A stretch of 64,000 nucleotides of DNA from Negaprion brevirostris (lineage: Eukaryota). The translations under genes were made by a program, and so were the position numbers. Location: positions 56,750,821-56,814,820 of the forward strand of contig JARDVH010000031.1 of NCBI GenBank assembly GCA_030324005.1, in the 5' to 3' direction. The notes under the pieces were generated by a model. The model had not been told where the DNA came from, did not search any database, and saw nothing but the letters and a program-made list of their open reading frames with translations. This document shows, in pieces, positions 40,100 to 50,749 of this stretch; position 1 is the stretch's first letter; each line of letters begins with the position of its first letter.

Positions 40100-41204
40100 G
40101 AACTNNNNNNNNNNATGGTACAAGGCTTTACACAGAACTTACAAAGAAATATTGGAGCCCAATATTTTAAGCATGGAATGGGAGAATTGCTCCAGCAACA
40201 CATTTATGGAACCAAATATGATGCAGAGCTTGATTACTGATGTCTCCTCTTCCATTGCAGCACATGCAGCAACCGTACAATGTTTGAACACTGTCATCAA
40301 GATGCCAGTGTTCAAAGGTGTTTCCAGGGTTTAACAGCACATCAGCATTCCATTCTCAAACAGATTATTAGGATTGTTGAGGTGGTATTTGTGGATAGTG
40401 GAAGTAGTTCCAAGGAGCACTCTCTCCAGATTATATCAATTGTGCTTGCACCACTGCCACTCTTCCAGAGCCATTGTTGTTGCCTGTCAACTAGCCAACA
40501 CAAACTGCTGCCACTTATGCCAAGACTGAAGCTGAAGCTTCTTGGTCTAGAACTGTTCAAGGTTGACATTCATGGTCATTCCTAGTCTCCTCAATTAGAT
40601 GTTAGCAACCTTCCACCAGTGGCTCCTTGTAGGACTGCAAGGACAAGCAAATGTACACAGAAGACAAGTACCAAGGTATGCACAAGGACGATTAGTTTAT
40701 TTTTGATCTATTTTTGTATAAATTTGCATCAGAATGTGTGCTTGGTATTGGCTTTCACTTTGGCATTGTGGACAAGATAATGATGATGTTGCGTGACAGG
40801 GGAAAGGTAAAAAGTGTGGGACTGTTGATACATGGAGAATTGGGGCTAACATTACCAGTATCACTGTTAAATCATCACTATTAATGTAGAAAATAGGCGC
40901 AGAAGTAGGCCATTCGGCCCTTCCAGCCTGCACCACCATTCAATATGATCCTGGTTCATCATACACTTTCAGATTCCCATTCCCGCTTTCTCCCCATACC
41001 CCTTGATCCCTTTAACCACATGGGCCACTTCCAGCTCCCTCTTGAACGTTAATGTGTAATTATTCTCACACAGCCTGGGCAGAAAGGAGTTGTCTAGGTT
41101 GCAGTCTCCTTTCCTTTTCCTCCACTTCTGCTCCTCCTCTACTTCATTGTGCTCCTACTCCTCAACTTCTTGGCTGATAGGTGATGGAATAATGACCTTA
41201 AGGT
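40100..41204. mobile_element. Second copy of the Harbinger family at 3.1-4.6 kb, with a nested CR1 tail (40888-41050, -)
   Basis: Shared motifs ttgcctgtcaactag and caaccttccacc/caaccatgc, and a minus-strand NL + acidic tail at 41090-41205. Confidence 0.55.
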
Positions 41205-41445
41205 TGTACGAGTGGAGTCTGGTACGTGGTCTGGTACATACAGGGTTAATGTGGGGCAGGGTACAGGACCACCCACAGTGATGTAAGAAGGCACATGACC
41301 CAGAGCCGTTAGCAGTCTAGAGATGGATAGAGTTATGTAAAGACCTCGACTGGAGTTAGCTCCATACCCGTTCCAGCTACTCTATATATGTATACAGCTA
41401 TGAGTTATTAATGAAGACTTGCAGTTAATATACTTATGATTACAT

Positions 41446-41747
41446 AAAACATAGAAACATAGAAAAACTATAGCACAATACAGGTCCTTCGGCCCATAAA
41501 GTTGTGCCGAACATGTCCCTACTTTAGAGATTACTAGGCTTACCTATAACTCTCTATCTTACTAAGTTTCATGTACTTATCTAAAAGCCTCTTAAAAGAC
41601 CCTATCGAATCAGCCTCCATCACTGTTGCCACGCACCCACCACTCTCTGAGAGAAACACTTACCCCTGACATCTCCTCTGTACCTACTCCCCAGCACCTT
41701 AAACCTGTGTCCTCTTGTGGCAACCACTTCAGCCCTGGGAAAAAGGC
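41446..41747 (-). mobile_element. CR1 3' fragment at the LTR/PBS junction
   Basis: Reverse-complement tail aaacatagaaacatagaaa, flanked by tacat (41441-41445 and 41748-41752). Confidence 0.8.
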
Positions 41748-42499
41748 TACATGGTGTTCAAAGCAGGATTCCTCATGGTGGCAGCATCTGGATCAAAAAC
41801 TCTGATCCACACAAGAATACAGATAAAGGACATCTTTGAACTGAAAGATACTTCCAACTGAGTCTACAGATGCAGAGAAAATCCATCAGCAAGAAAAACT
41901 CTGGAGAGAGAAGCCTGGAAGCAAAAAGGTAGGAGTTTCTTTTTAATAATGAGAATTTTCAACTTTATATTCAGTACGATACACAACAAATTCCCAAGAT
42001 CCAGCACAGTACAAAACAATCATTATTTCAATATATACATGGAGGAGACCAGCATAGATCAATGCAAATAATTCAAAGAATTAGACATCATAATTCCTGC
42101 CATTGTGGTCAGTGTCTTGTTTTGTATGGATATTGAATGGAGAACAAAAAACAAGTGTGGGGAATTGAAACAACAGGGTAAGGTCATTAAACATGGCACT
42201 ATGGTGCACGCCCATTCACAGGGCAAAAAAATTGAAATTCAAAACTCAAAGACATATCAACCATGCTTGGGCATTAACCACCACATACCTCCCCCACATT
42301 CCCACCAGCCAAAAGGGTCAACAGCAAAGAAATCCAGTCCACTCCAGGATATTTAGGCTGTTTGCATCATAAGAGGATAAGCATAGTATTTCTTAGACTC
42401 AGAATAACTTACAAGAGACAAAGGAAAACAGAGTACTTCTAATGGGGCTTTTCTCTCCTAAAATGAGGAGTTATGACCATATCTACCATATCTTTTATG

Positions 42500-42835
42500 G
42501 GTGGCACGGTGGCACAGTTGTTAGCACTGCTGTCTCACTGCTCCAGGGACCTGGGTTCGATTTATGGCTTGGGCCACTGTTTGCATGGAGTTTGCACGTT
42601 CTCCTCGTATCTGCAAGGATTTCCTCTGGCTGCTCCAATTTCCTCCCACACACCAAAGATGTGTGGCTTGGGTGGATTGGCCATGCTAAATTGTCCCTTG
42701 GTGTCCCAAGGATGACAGGTTAGAAGGATAAGTGGGGCAAATAGGTGAGATTACCGGGTTAAGGACAAGGTGGGATTATTGTTGGACTTGATAAGCTGAG
42801 TGTCCTCCTTCTGCACTGTAGGAATTCTATGATCT
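42500..42835 (+). mobile_element. HE1/V-SINE, tail type A
   Basis: gggtggcacggtggcacag head and tail ttctgcactgtaggaattctatgat. Confidence 0.85.
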
Positions 42836-43521
42836 ATCCATCCACCCACCATCCAGTGTGGCATTACTCATCTTTTCTATAACTCAAGTGAAGGGTACTA
42901 CTTCTGTGCAAATGCAAGGATTACAGCATCTTATAAACAATTAAATATGTATGGTGCATTCCTCAAGACACACTCAAGACTTGAAGTGCCCCCATAACAG
43001 AAAAGAAAGAAGCATGTCCCCGGTCAGAGAACCGTAGCCCCCCCACCGGAGCACGCCAGTAGAAGAGCCATCAGCAAGGATATAAAAGAAAGTGATCTTG
43101 AATTTACAGGATAACAGATAGGGGAAAGAAAAAAAAAATCCCAAACCTCAGTGCTCAACACATGCTCTTATCAGAATAAAAGACAACATCACATAATCAG
43201 AAGTAAGATCACAAAGAAACAAAATTCAGGATTAACATTGAACTGCATTACAACACTTCCACACAATTAGAAACAGCCAAAGCCATGAATGGATCATTAA
43301 GGAACATCCAGAACTCAAGACTCTCAGCACTCAAATCAAGATTGTTAAAGAAAGGCAGCCAGTTCTCAAAATCAGCTGGGGTGGCACAGTGATTAGCACT
43401 GCTGCCTCACAGCTCCAGGAACTTGGGTTCGATTCCCAACTTGGGTCACAGTCTGTGCAGTTTGCACATTCTCCCCGTGTCTGCATGGATTTCTTCTGGG
43501 TGCTCTGGTTTCCCCCTACAC

Positions 43522-44188
43522 ATGTGGAGATGCCGGCGTTGGACTGGAGTAATCACAGTAAGAAGTCTCACAACACCAGGTTAAAGCCCAACAGGTTTAT
43601 TTGGTAGCAAACGCCACTAGCTTTCAAAGTGCTGCTCCTTCGTCAGGTGAGTGGGAGTTCTGTTCATAAACAGGGCATATAAAGACATAAACACAATTTA
43701 CAGAATAATGATTGGGATGTGAGTCTTTACAGCTAATCAAGTCTTAAAGATACAGAAAATGTGAGTGGAGAGAGCAGTAAGCACAGGTTAAAGAGATGTC
43801 TCCAGACAGGACAGTTAGTGAGATTTTGCGAGTCCAGGCAAGTTGTGACGGTTACTGATAGTGTGACATGCCCGCCACTGCTGAAGTGCTCCCCAGCAGG
43901 AAAAGAACAGCCTGGTGATTGTCGAGCGGTGTTCATTCATCCGTTGTCGTCGCAGCTGCATGGCTGGTCTGTGTGTCTGGATGAAGAACTGGTTGTTGAA
44001 GGTGAAGACATTGTGGCCCAGAATGAAGCTGATGAGTTGTAAATTGCATCTGGAAACTGGCAGTCGTTGGCGTTGAGTACTGAGGCAGTTGCATCGTCGT
44101 GGATGATGGCATTGCTGCAACTGCCTCAGAATTCATCGCTGACAACTGCCAGTTTCCAGATGCAATTTTACAACTCATCTGCTTCATT
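43522..44188 (-). mobile_element. Internally deleted Penelope with pLTR, GIY-YIG and RT remnants and a 5' fold-back
   Basis: The ORF at 43815-44120 joins LQLISFILGHNVFTFNNQFFIQTH (RT) to LRRQRMNEHRSTITR (GIY-YIG). GEHFSSGGH and the pLTR aataaacctgttgg are also present. Confidence 0.85.
43613..43650 (-). ncRNA. Minimal type I hammerhead ribozyme motif in Penelope pLTR
   Basis: Minus RNA reads UCAC-CUGACGA-A-GGAG-CAGCA-CUUU-GAAA-GC-UA-GUGG. The core boxes are intact, stem I is UCAC/GUGG, stem II is wobble-paired and stem III is the palindrome AGCU. Confidence 0.7.
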
Positions 44189-45134
44189 GTCCCGTGGTGT
44201 CCCGGGATGTGCAGTGTAGGGGGATTAGCAGGATACACACGTGGGGTGATGTGATTAGAGCCTGGTTGTCGGTGCAGACTCGATGGGCCAAATGGCCGCC
44301 TTCTGCACTATAGGATTTCTATGATTTCTTTCTTTCTATGAATTCATCACAGCTCTTCTATGTCCCCTCAAGTTGGATAGAATGTTTGATACACATTCAG
44401 CAGGATTTCCAAGATCAAAGTTGAGCTTCCGCCAAGGAAATCTCCTTCTCAACTGAAAGGGTTATCATTTCCGCACCATCCATTCTCTGTAGGATGTCTC
44501 ACAGTTTGTCATGGTGAACACCCATAACATCTGCTGGGGAGCAGAATATGACTTACACATTTTTGCTCATAGAAGCAATCTTCAGCTTGGTGCCAACTGC
44601 ACCTCCTGAGAATGGGCCTGCTCACCAGCAACGCTGCCACTCTGAACTGGGCCCCACCCACATCAGCTCTGACCACATCACACAAACAAGGATTTCTTTG
44701 ACTTAATTCAGTTCCCCACAGTCAAGAAAGTTAACTAGGATCTTTGACAAACATTGCACAGATTATATATAATACCAGAATCAGCTATTTCCAGGTCATG
44801 CATTAGGATAAAAGAAAGGATTAAAAGATGAGTAGCGCCAGAGCTCATGAAAGCACAGCCGCTCCTGCACTCATATCACATGAACCACAAGAAGGTAGAA
44901 GCTTAACTCCAACATAAAACTCCTGTGGGTATACAGCTTCAGCAAGCAGAACTCACAAAGGCAAGATTTACTATTTTAAATTCCGGGCCAGAAAGTCCTG
45001 AGAAACTGCTTTCAATTAATTCAGTCAGAAGTGCCATTTGAAAAAAACCCATTACCAATCTCAATCGCCAACTTTGAGTCTCAACACATGGCTCCTGAAT
45101 TTAGCAAAGAAAAGCAAAATTAAGTCAAAGAATC

Positions 45135-45586
45135 CCTACTTTGCAGAAGGTAGCCCATCGAGTCTGCACCGACTCTCCGAAAGACCATCTTACCCAAGCC
45201 CAACCCAGTCCTATTCCAGTAACCCTACGCATATACCATGGCTAATCCACCTAATTTACACATCTTTGGACTGTGGAAAGAAACTGGAGCACCCAAAGGA
45301 AACCCAAGTGGACAGGCGGCAAACATGCAAACTCCACACAGACAGTCAGCCAAGGCCAGAATTGAACCTGTGTCCCACGTTGTGAGGCAGCAATGGTTGC
45401 CACTATGCTGCCCCAATCCAAAAATTGACAGATTAGGTTGATTGGTCATGCTAAGTTACCCCTTAACGTCAGGGGGATTAGCAAGATATATACGTGGGTT
45501 TACGGGGATATGGTTTGGATGGGATTGTTGTCAGTGCAGGCTCGATGGGCCAAATGGCCTCCTTCTACAGGGATTCTATGATTCTG
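45135..45586. mobile_element. Two adjacent inverted HE1 SINEs (45135-45415 minus; 3' half 45430-45586 plus)
   Basis: A reverse-complement head ends at about 45413, then ggttgattggtcatgctaa...ggattctatgattctg follows. Confidence 0.8.
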
Positions 45587-45819
45587 TAAACAATAATTAA
45601 TGCTGTCCACTTTGGGTATCTTGCAACCATCTGATTTCCTATACTGAGAACCTTTGGTTCTTTTCTGCGCATCCCAACTTGCAATGCTCTGCTGATGATT
45701 AAATTAAGTTGGCAGCCAATCAACCCATGCAGCCATTGAGGACCCTTTTCTTCAGGCAGATTTGCACTGCCGCCATTTTGGAAAGCCCAGCAAGCATTTG
45801 GTAGTGAATGGTGTCATCA

Positions 45820-45939
45820 GGTGGGATTTTACACACTCGCTCATCCCGAAACTGTAAAATCCCACCCGAGGTCAATAGACCTTTCCATCATCCGCCCCTC
45901 ACCTGCTCTGATTTCCGGGGCAGAGCGGTAAAATTCCGG
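45820..45939. mobile_element. ~120 bp MITE
   Basis: ggtgggattttaca...tgtaaaatcccacc...ggtaaaattccgg. Confidence 0.7.
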
Positions 45940-46667
45940 ACACCATCTTTGAAGCCTGTAACCTCTTAAAGCCACACCCATACTTTTTTAAAACTTCAAA
46001 ATGGATCACAATACCAGCTCTAGTGGGATTCGCTCATGGTCCAGCCCAGTCACAGAATTGGAGTCTTTGGAGGAAAAGATTTTTAAGGTATTGGTCAAAA
46101 TAAAAATTGAGAAGCAGAACAAATCAATGCAATTCTTTATTTGATTGGGCCAATTGCAGATGACATCACTGCATGACCATCTGTCAATGAGTCATCTACC
46201 AAATTTGATGATGTTTTGAAATCCTTCAACATTTATTTCAACTCAAGAGCCAACAAAATATTGAAGCCAAATTTAGTAAGAGAGTCCGACTGCCTGGGGA
46301 GCCTTTTGAAGAAAATGAATAATCTTGACAGGCTGGCAGAGAAATGTGAATATGGAGATTTAAGTCTGAGCTCATCCATGACATAATTGCAGATAATTCA
46401 TCGTCTGACCTCCTCCAAGCCAAAGATGATATCCTAGACAAAGCAATCCAACTTGTTGGACAGTCTGAGTTACATGAACAACACAGGACCACCCTAAGGG
46501 GAGAACGTAACTTGGAGCAGTAATCAACATTTGGGCCATCACATCACATCACAGAAAGGCAGGGACCACTCAAGTCAAGGAAAACAGTTCCTGAACCATC
46601 CAACAAAGTGACTTTTAAAGTGCTATGACACGAAGCACACATCATAGGAAAAATTAGCGTCGAGTCA

Positions 46668-46762
46668 GGATGATGGTCATCAAGACGCAAAATGTTGGCT
46701 CCATTCTTTCTCCACAGATGCTGTCAGACCTGCTGAGATTTTCCAGCATTTCCTGTTTTTTG
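46668..46762 (+). mobile_element. Solo Penelope terminal fragment
   Basis: ccacagatgctgtcagacctgctgagattttccagcatt. Confidence 0.7.
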
Positions 46763-47972
46763 TCCCTTTTACTTAAGGTACATGGCAGACTTGACATGAG
46801 ATGCATGCAAATCATCCATTGGCATTGTGGAGATTGTCACGTTTTGAGTGGCAAAGAGAACAATCCTTTCCCTCCTCTTTTTTGCAACAGGCATGGTTAA
46901 GAATTTTCCATTACCCAGGACTTTTAACAGTCAAATGCTTTCCCTTCTGTTGTAGGCAGCACATTGCAGTTTGTATTGCTGCTGGGACTCTTCAAGTCAG
47001 CACTGGTTATTAACCAGATGCATATGTTAGATTAGTCACCCCAATGTGCTTGTGGAACTTGTATACATTTGATAAATTATGCAAATTCTAAATATCATAA
47101 TTATGTATTTATCTGAGTAGTTTATTATCTGTAATTTTCATGGGAACAGAACCTTCACAACCACATTAATTAAGTAAAAAAATCTATAATACTGCTTAGT
47201 ACAAAAATGCTGACCAGCTAATAAATTCCCCATGGTGATTTCAAGAGCAAATAGCAATGTCTTTTGATTTTAAAAAAGTCTACTTTGAAAAGTGGCATCT
47301 TGAGTGACTTAATGAGGTAAACTATGAATAGTCGGTGTCATATATCATGGAGCCTAATGGTCAGCTGCTAAATGTAGCCAACTAATTTTAAAAATAATGC
47401 CCGCTAAAAATGGATAGTATCACTGGTGTGGCCTCCAGTTCGAATGCAGCTATTGAGGCTATTTCCCACTATATCTGTATATAATACAATATTTTGCATT
47501 TAAAAATAAATTTTTACACTTGGTACCTTGAGGGGTTGGTGTGTAACTGAACTATAGGGACTAGGGAGGGTTAGCCTCTAGCAAGGTCAAGCTAATATAG
47601 CTGCTTTCCGTCAGGGCAAAGGTGGAGTGGAAGTGTACTCCAGCATGGAATCAAACATTTCTGAAGAGGAAATGGGAGAATATTGTTGGAAGGAAAAAAA
47701 TGCACCGACAGCCTAGCCCTATGTATTATCCAGTTACAAAGAAAGGTCATAAATGACATAAATAAATGTGTTTCTGTTTGATGAATCCTAAATCTGTAGT
47801 GCAGTGTTTTGAAATACCACTATTTGAGACCAATGCCATAATGCAGCATTGCTTACATTGCTTGTGTCAAATGAATAATTACAGAAATCCTAGTTCCTGA
47901 AGAAATCTCTTATTTGCTAACTAACCATAAATCAGATGAAATGACCAGGTCATTGTGTTCTGTTGTTTTTAG

Positions 47973-48086
47973 ATTGCCTTGCAGATGGAACCCAGAAGGC
48001 AGAAGTCTCCTGGTGGACCTCCAGCTGTTTCGGATCATTCAGCTGTTTCCAAGGCAACATCACCATCATTCATGGAAGTTATGGAA
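47973..48086 (+). CDS. Probable 114 bp exon of an unidentified host gene (frame 1: IALQMEPRRQKSPGGPPAVSDHSAVSKATSPSFMEVME)
   Basis: Pyrimidine-rich acceptor tgttctgttgtttttag and consensus donor GAA|gtgagt. The length is divisible by 3, and it is a GC-richer island within about 2 kb of repeat-free AT-rich DNA. All three frames are open. Confidence 0.6.
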
Positions 48087-49409
48087 GTGAGTGAATACAT
48101 GTTATAATTCAGTTCATATTGTTGGAGAAAAAAAGTGCTAATTACGTCTTGCTGAACTAGTTTACAGGATATGTGCTGAAACATTCTTTAATAAGGAGGA
48201 GCAATATACATATATATTTACTTTAAAGTACTTGTGTATTAAAAAAAAGAAATATAATTAGTTACTCAAAGGAAGTGTGTCATTTACTGACTAGAGCAAC
48301 TATTACCAAATCAGTAAAATATGGTTTAAATATTTCTTCTTACTTTATATGGGTTTATACAGTAAATGTGCTTTCTGTTACCAAACCTCTTGGGAATCTG
48401 AGTGAATCGGTCTGTCTGACCAATAATTGAACGGATACTTTGTGATTGTGAAGCACAAGCTGTTTATTTTCTGAGGTTTGAAAGAAGATATCAATCAATC
48501 TTTTCTCTTCAGACTATGAATTCATTTTTTGAAAATATCATTTATCCTACCATGTGCAGTAAATTAAAGAAAGCTGTGGTTTTCTCACAGTGTTATTGTT
48601 CGAATATAACTTACCCTGTTTCCTGTAAGCGTTCTCAGTAAAATGCTAAGCAGTTTTGAGACTAGTTACAAAAGTTACTTTATTCCTTTCTAATTGTTTA
48701 CAGACTGCAGATTTTACATTCATTTAACCATACCTCAGTGCTGCTTCATGGCAATGAGTTCACCAAGAGTTTGCACTAAAATCCGGAATCATTTATTCCT
48801 GTCCTGCACATATTCTGTGAGATAGCATTTAAATTCAAAACCATTGGTTGGACAGCTTGGAAGGAAATGTGAGACACACTTTAAAAAAAATATTGTTGAA
48901 GGTTGGTGATGTAAACCAGGAGTTGTCCTGAAATATACAACAGGGATAGGTACAAAAAAAGTTTAGTGACTTGACTCGCATTGCTAAGGTAAGATTGCTA
49001 ATTCCTATTTTTATTATTCTCTGTATAATTCTACACTGCTTGTTGTCCCAGCATTCACAATAGTTCTCTTCCCAGTCACCAGCTCTCACTCCAATTACTG
49101 TGGTACACCACCTTCCCATAGTGCCACTTTCTGTAACTGCCACAGTCTCCATTTTCCTCTCTTCTCACATTTTTGCCGCTATCACACACCTGCATAAATT
49201 TTCCACCAGGCATATACATCTTCAAAGCCATATTCAAGCTGCCTTCAGTATGTTGAACCTTGGTACCATCATCTATTCTAAAATGGAAGTAGCTTCTTTT
49301 TGTATTTTGTCTCACTATCTTGTAGCTGGTTGGGTTACTTGCCTCTGCATTACTTAGCGGCCTTGCAATTTTTCTTCTGAGGTGCACGTTGCTCTTGTCT
49401 GGCTTCAAT

Positions 49410-49695
49410 AAAGGCAAAATACTGCGGATGCTGGAATCTGAAACAAAAACAGAAAATGCTGGAAAATCTAGCAGGTCTGGCAGCATATGTGGAGAGAGCG
49501 TAGAACCACCATTTGAGTCTGAATGACCCTTCGTCAGAGTTAAGAGAAAAGAAAATCAGGTGAGATTTATATTATGAAGGGGAGGGGGGAGGTGCCTGTA
49601 ATTGGACAAAGGAAATGAATTTTTTGTTATTTAAACCCCCCTAGCCTCTAATCTATCCCTGACCTTTTTTACTCCATCTGCCCTGCCTGTTTTTG
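49410..49695 (-). mobile_element. Penelope terminus with decayed hammerhead and inverted 5' segment
   Basis: The minus strand reads ctgacgaagggtcattcagactcaaa. Region 49615-49690 matches the + strand of 24085-24160. Confidence 0.75.
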
Positions 49696-49699
49696 CATC

Positions 49700-50730
49700 T
49701 CCAGCACGTGTGAAATGGTCACCTGCAGAAGCTGGTGATCTGACTCAGACTCAGTGGGGGGAAGTTCTCCAGCAGTCCTCTAAGTGCCAGAGACCTGTGC
49801 TGTCACTGCCTCTGGCTGTTAGGGGAACACATCCACGAGGTGTTCTCCAGAGAGTGAATCCCAGCCTAATCTGTATCTAGTACCTACCGAGGTGTATGAC
49901 TCTGTGCTGGGGAGGGTGCAGGTGAAAGCAGTGACAGCCCCACATCGAGCGGGTCCTCAGTATCACCATCCAAGATGTCCTTGGGGCTGGGGCTGAGGGA
50001 CTGGCTATAGGTTTGACTCAGCCTGCTTCAGCTGGCGCATGGAAGAGAGAGAAGATACAATCTGTTCCTGAGTAGGCAGAATCTAACATTACATTTAATT
50101 CACTGTGAAGGTCATGATGTGTTTGCCTAATGGAGGGTCCATGTGCACTGCTTTGCTGGGAGAGACTGATCCCACCTTCACTACAGGAGCAATCCCTGAT
50201 CTCCCTGTAAGCTCCACTGCTTCCTCCTGGAAGGGATTCAGCTTCTGTATCTCGAGGGTTCCTTCCTCCGGTCAGGGATTTCTGTTGAAGTTAGACTTGC
50301 TCTGGCGAAGTGAATGAGCTTATTCATCCTCATCCTGCACTGTAGCACATATGTATCACAGGTATAGACCTTCCTGACAACCAGGCCAGCAGGGTCAGGC
50401 AGGATACCCTCCTGCTTCCATCCCTTGGGAAGTGGACATCTTGCCATTTGCTGATGGCTTGAAGTACAGTTACCAGGGCTTTGAATTGAGGCACAGAGGC
50501 CTTGCGTCTTTTGGAGGACAGAGTGAATATGTGTTTGGCTGCTGCTTAAATATGGCACTGGAGGATTTGACCCCATGAGGTAAAATGGGTGGATGAATCA
50601 GCATCTGCTACAGCACATGATGCAATACTAATCAGCTTTCGAGTGGAAGATCGGGTGTGAGAACCTCCTGCTGATCAGTGGGAAACTCACCGACTTTCTT
50701 GCTCACCTCTACACTTAGGAAATTCTGCCC
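49700..50730 (-). mobile_element. Harbinger left end with Myb/SANT gene relic
   Basis: The ORF at 50238-50576 contains TYVLQCRMRMNKLI. A TIR-like ggaaattctgccc lies at 50718-50730. Confidence 0.55.
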
Positions 50731-50749
50731 AACATTGAGTCTGATAAAC

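Larger units (their letters stand above)
43378..44340 (+). mobile_element. HE1 SINE split by a Penelope insertion (halves 43378-43521 and about 44186-44340)
   Basis: The head and V-domain lie before the insert and the type A tail after it. About 40 bp of SINE body is missing at the junction. Confidence 0.8.
41935..45130 (-). mobile_element. Possible very decayed L1-like element hosting SINEs and a Penelope
   Basis: The minus strand ends ...gttgaaaattctcattattaaaaaaga, like an L1 3' end, and there is strong strand skew. No clean ORF motif was found. Confidence 0.3.
41205..46650 (+). mobile_element. Gypsy LTR element 5' half (LTR about 41205-41445, PBS about 41751-41785, gag relic about 46000-46500), heavily nested
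   Basis: TG start and PBS-like tggtg motifs. Gag peptides include EQINAILYLIGPIADDI, KFDDVLKSF, EAKFSKRVRLPGE and RLAEKCEYGDL. Linkage of the LTR to gag is inferred. Confidence 0.55.
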
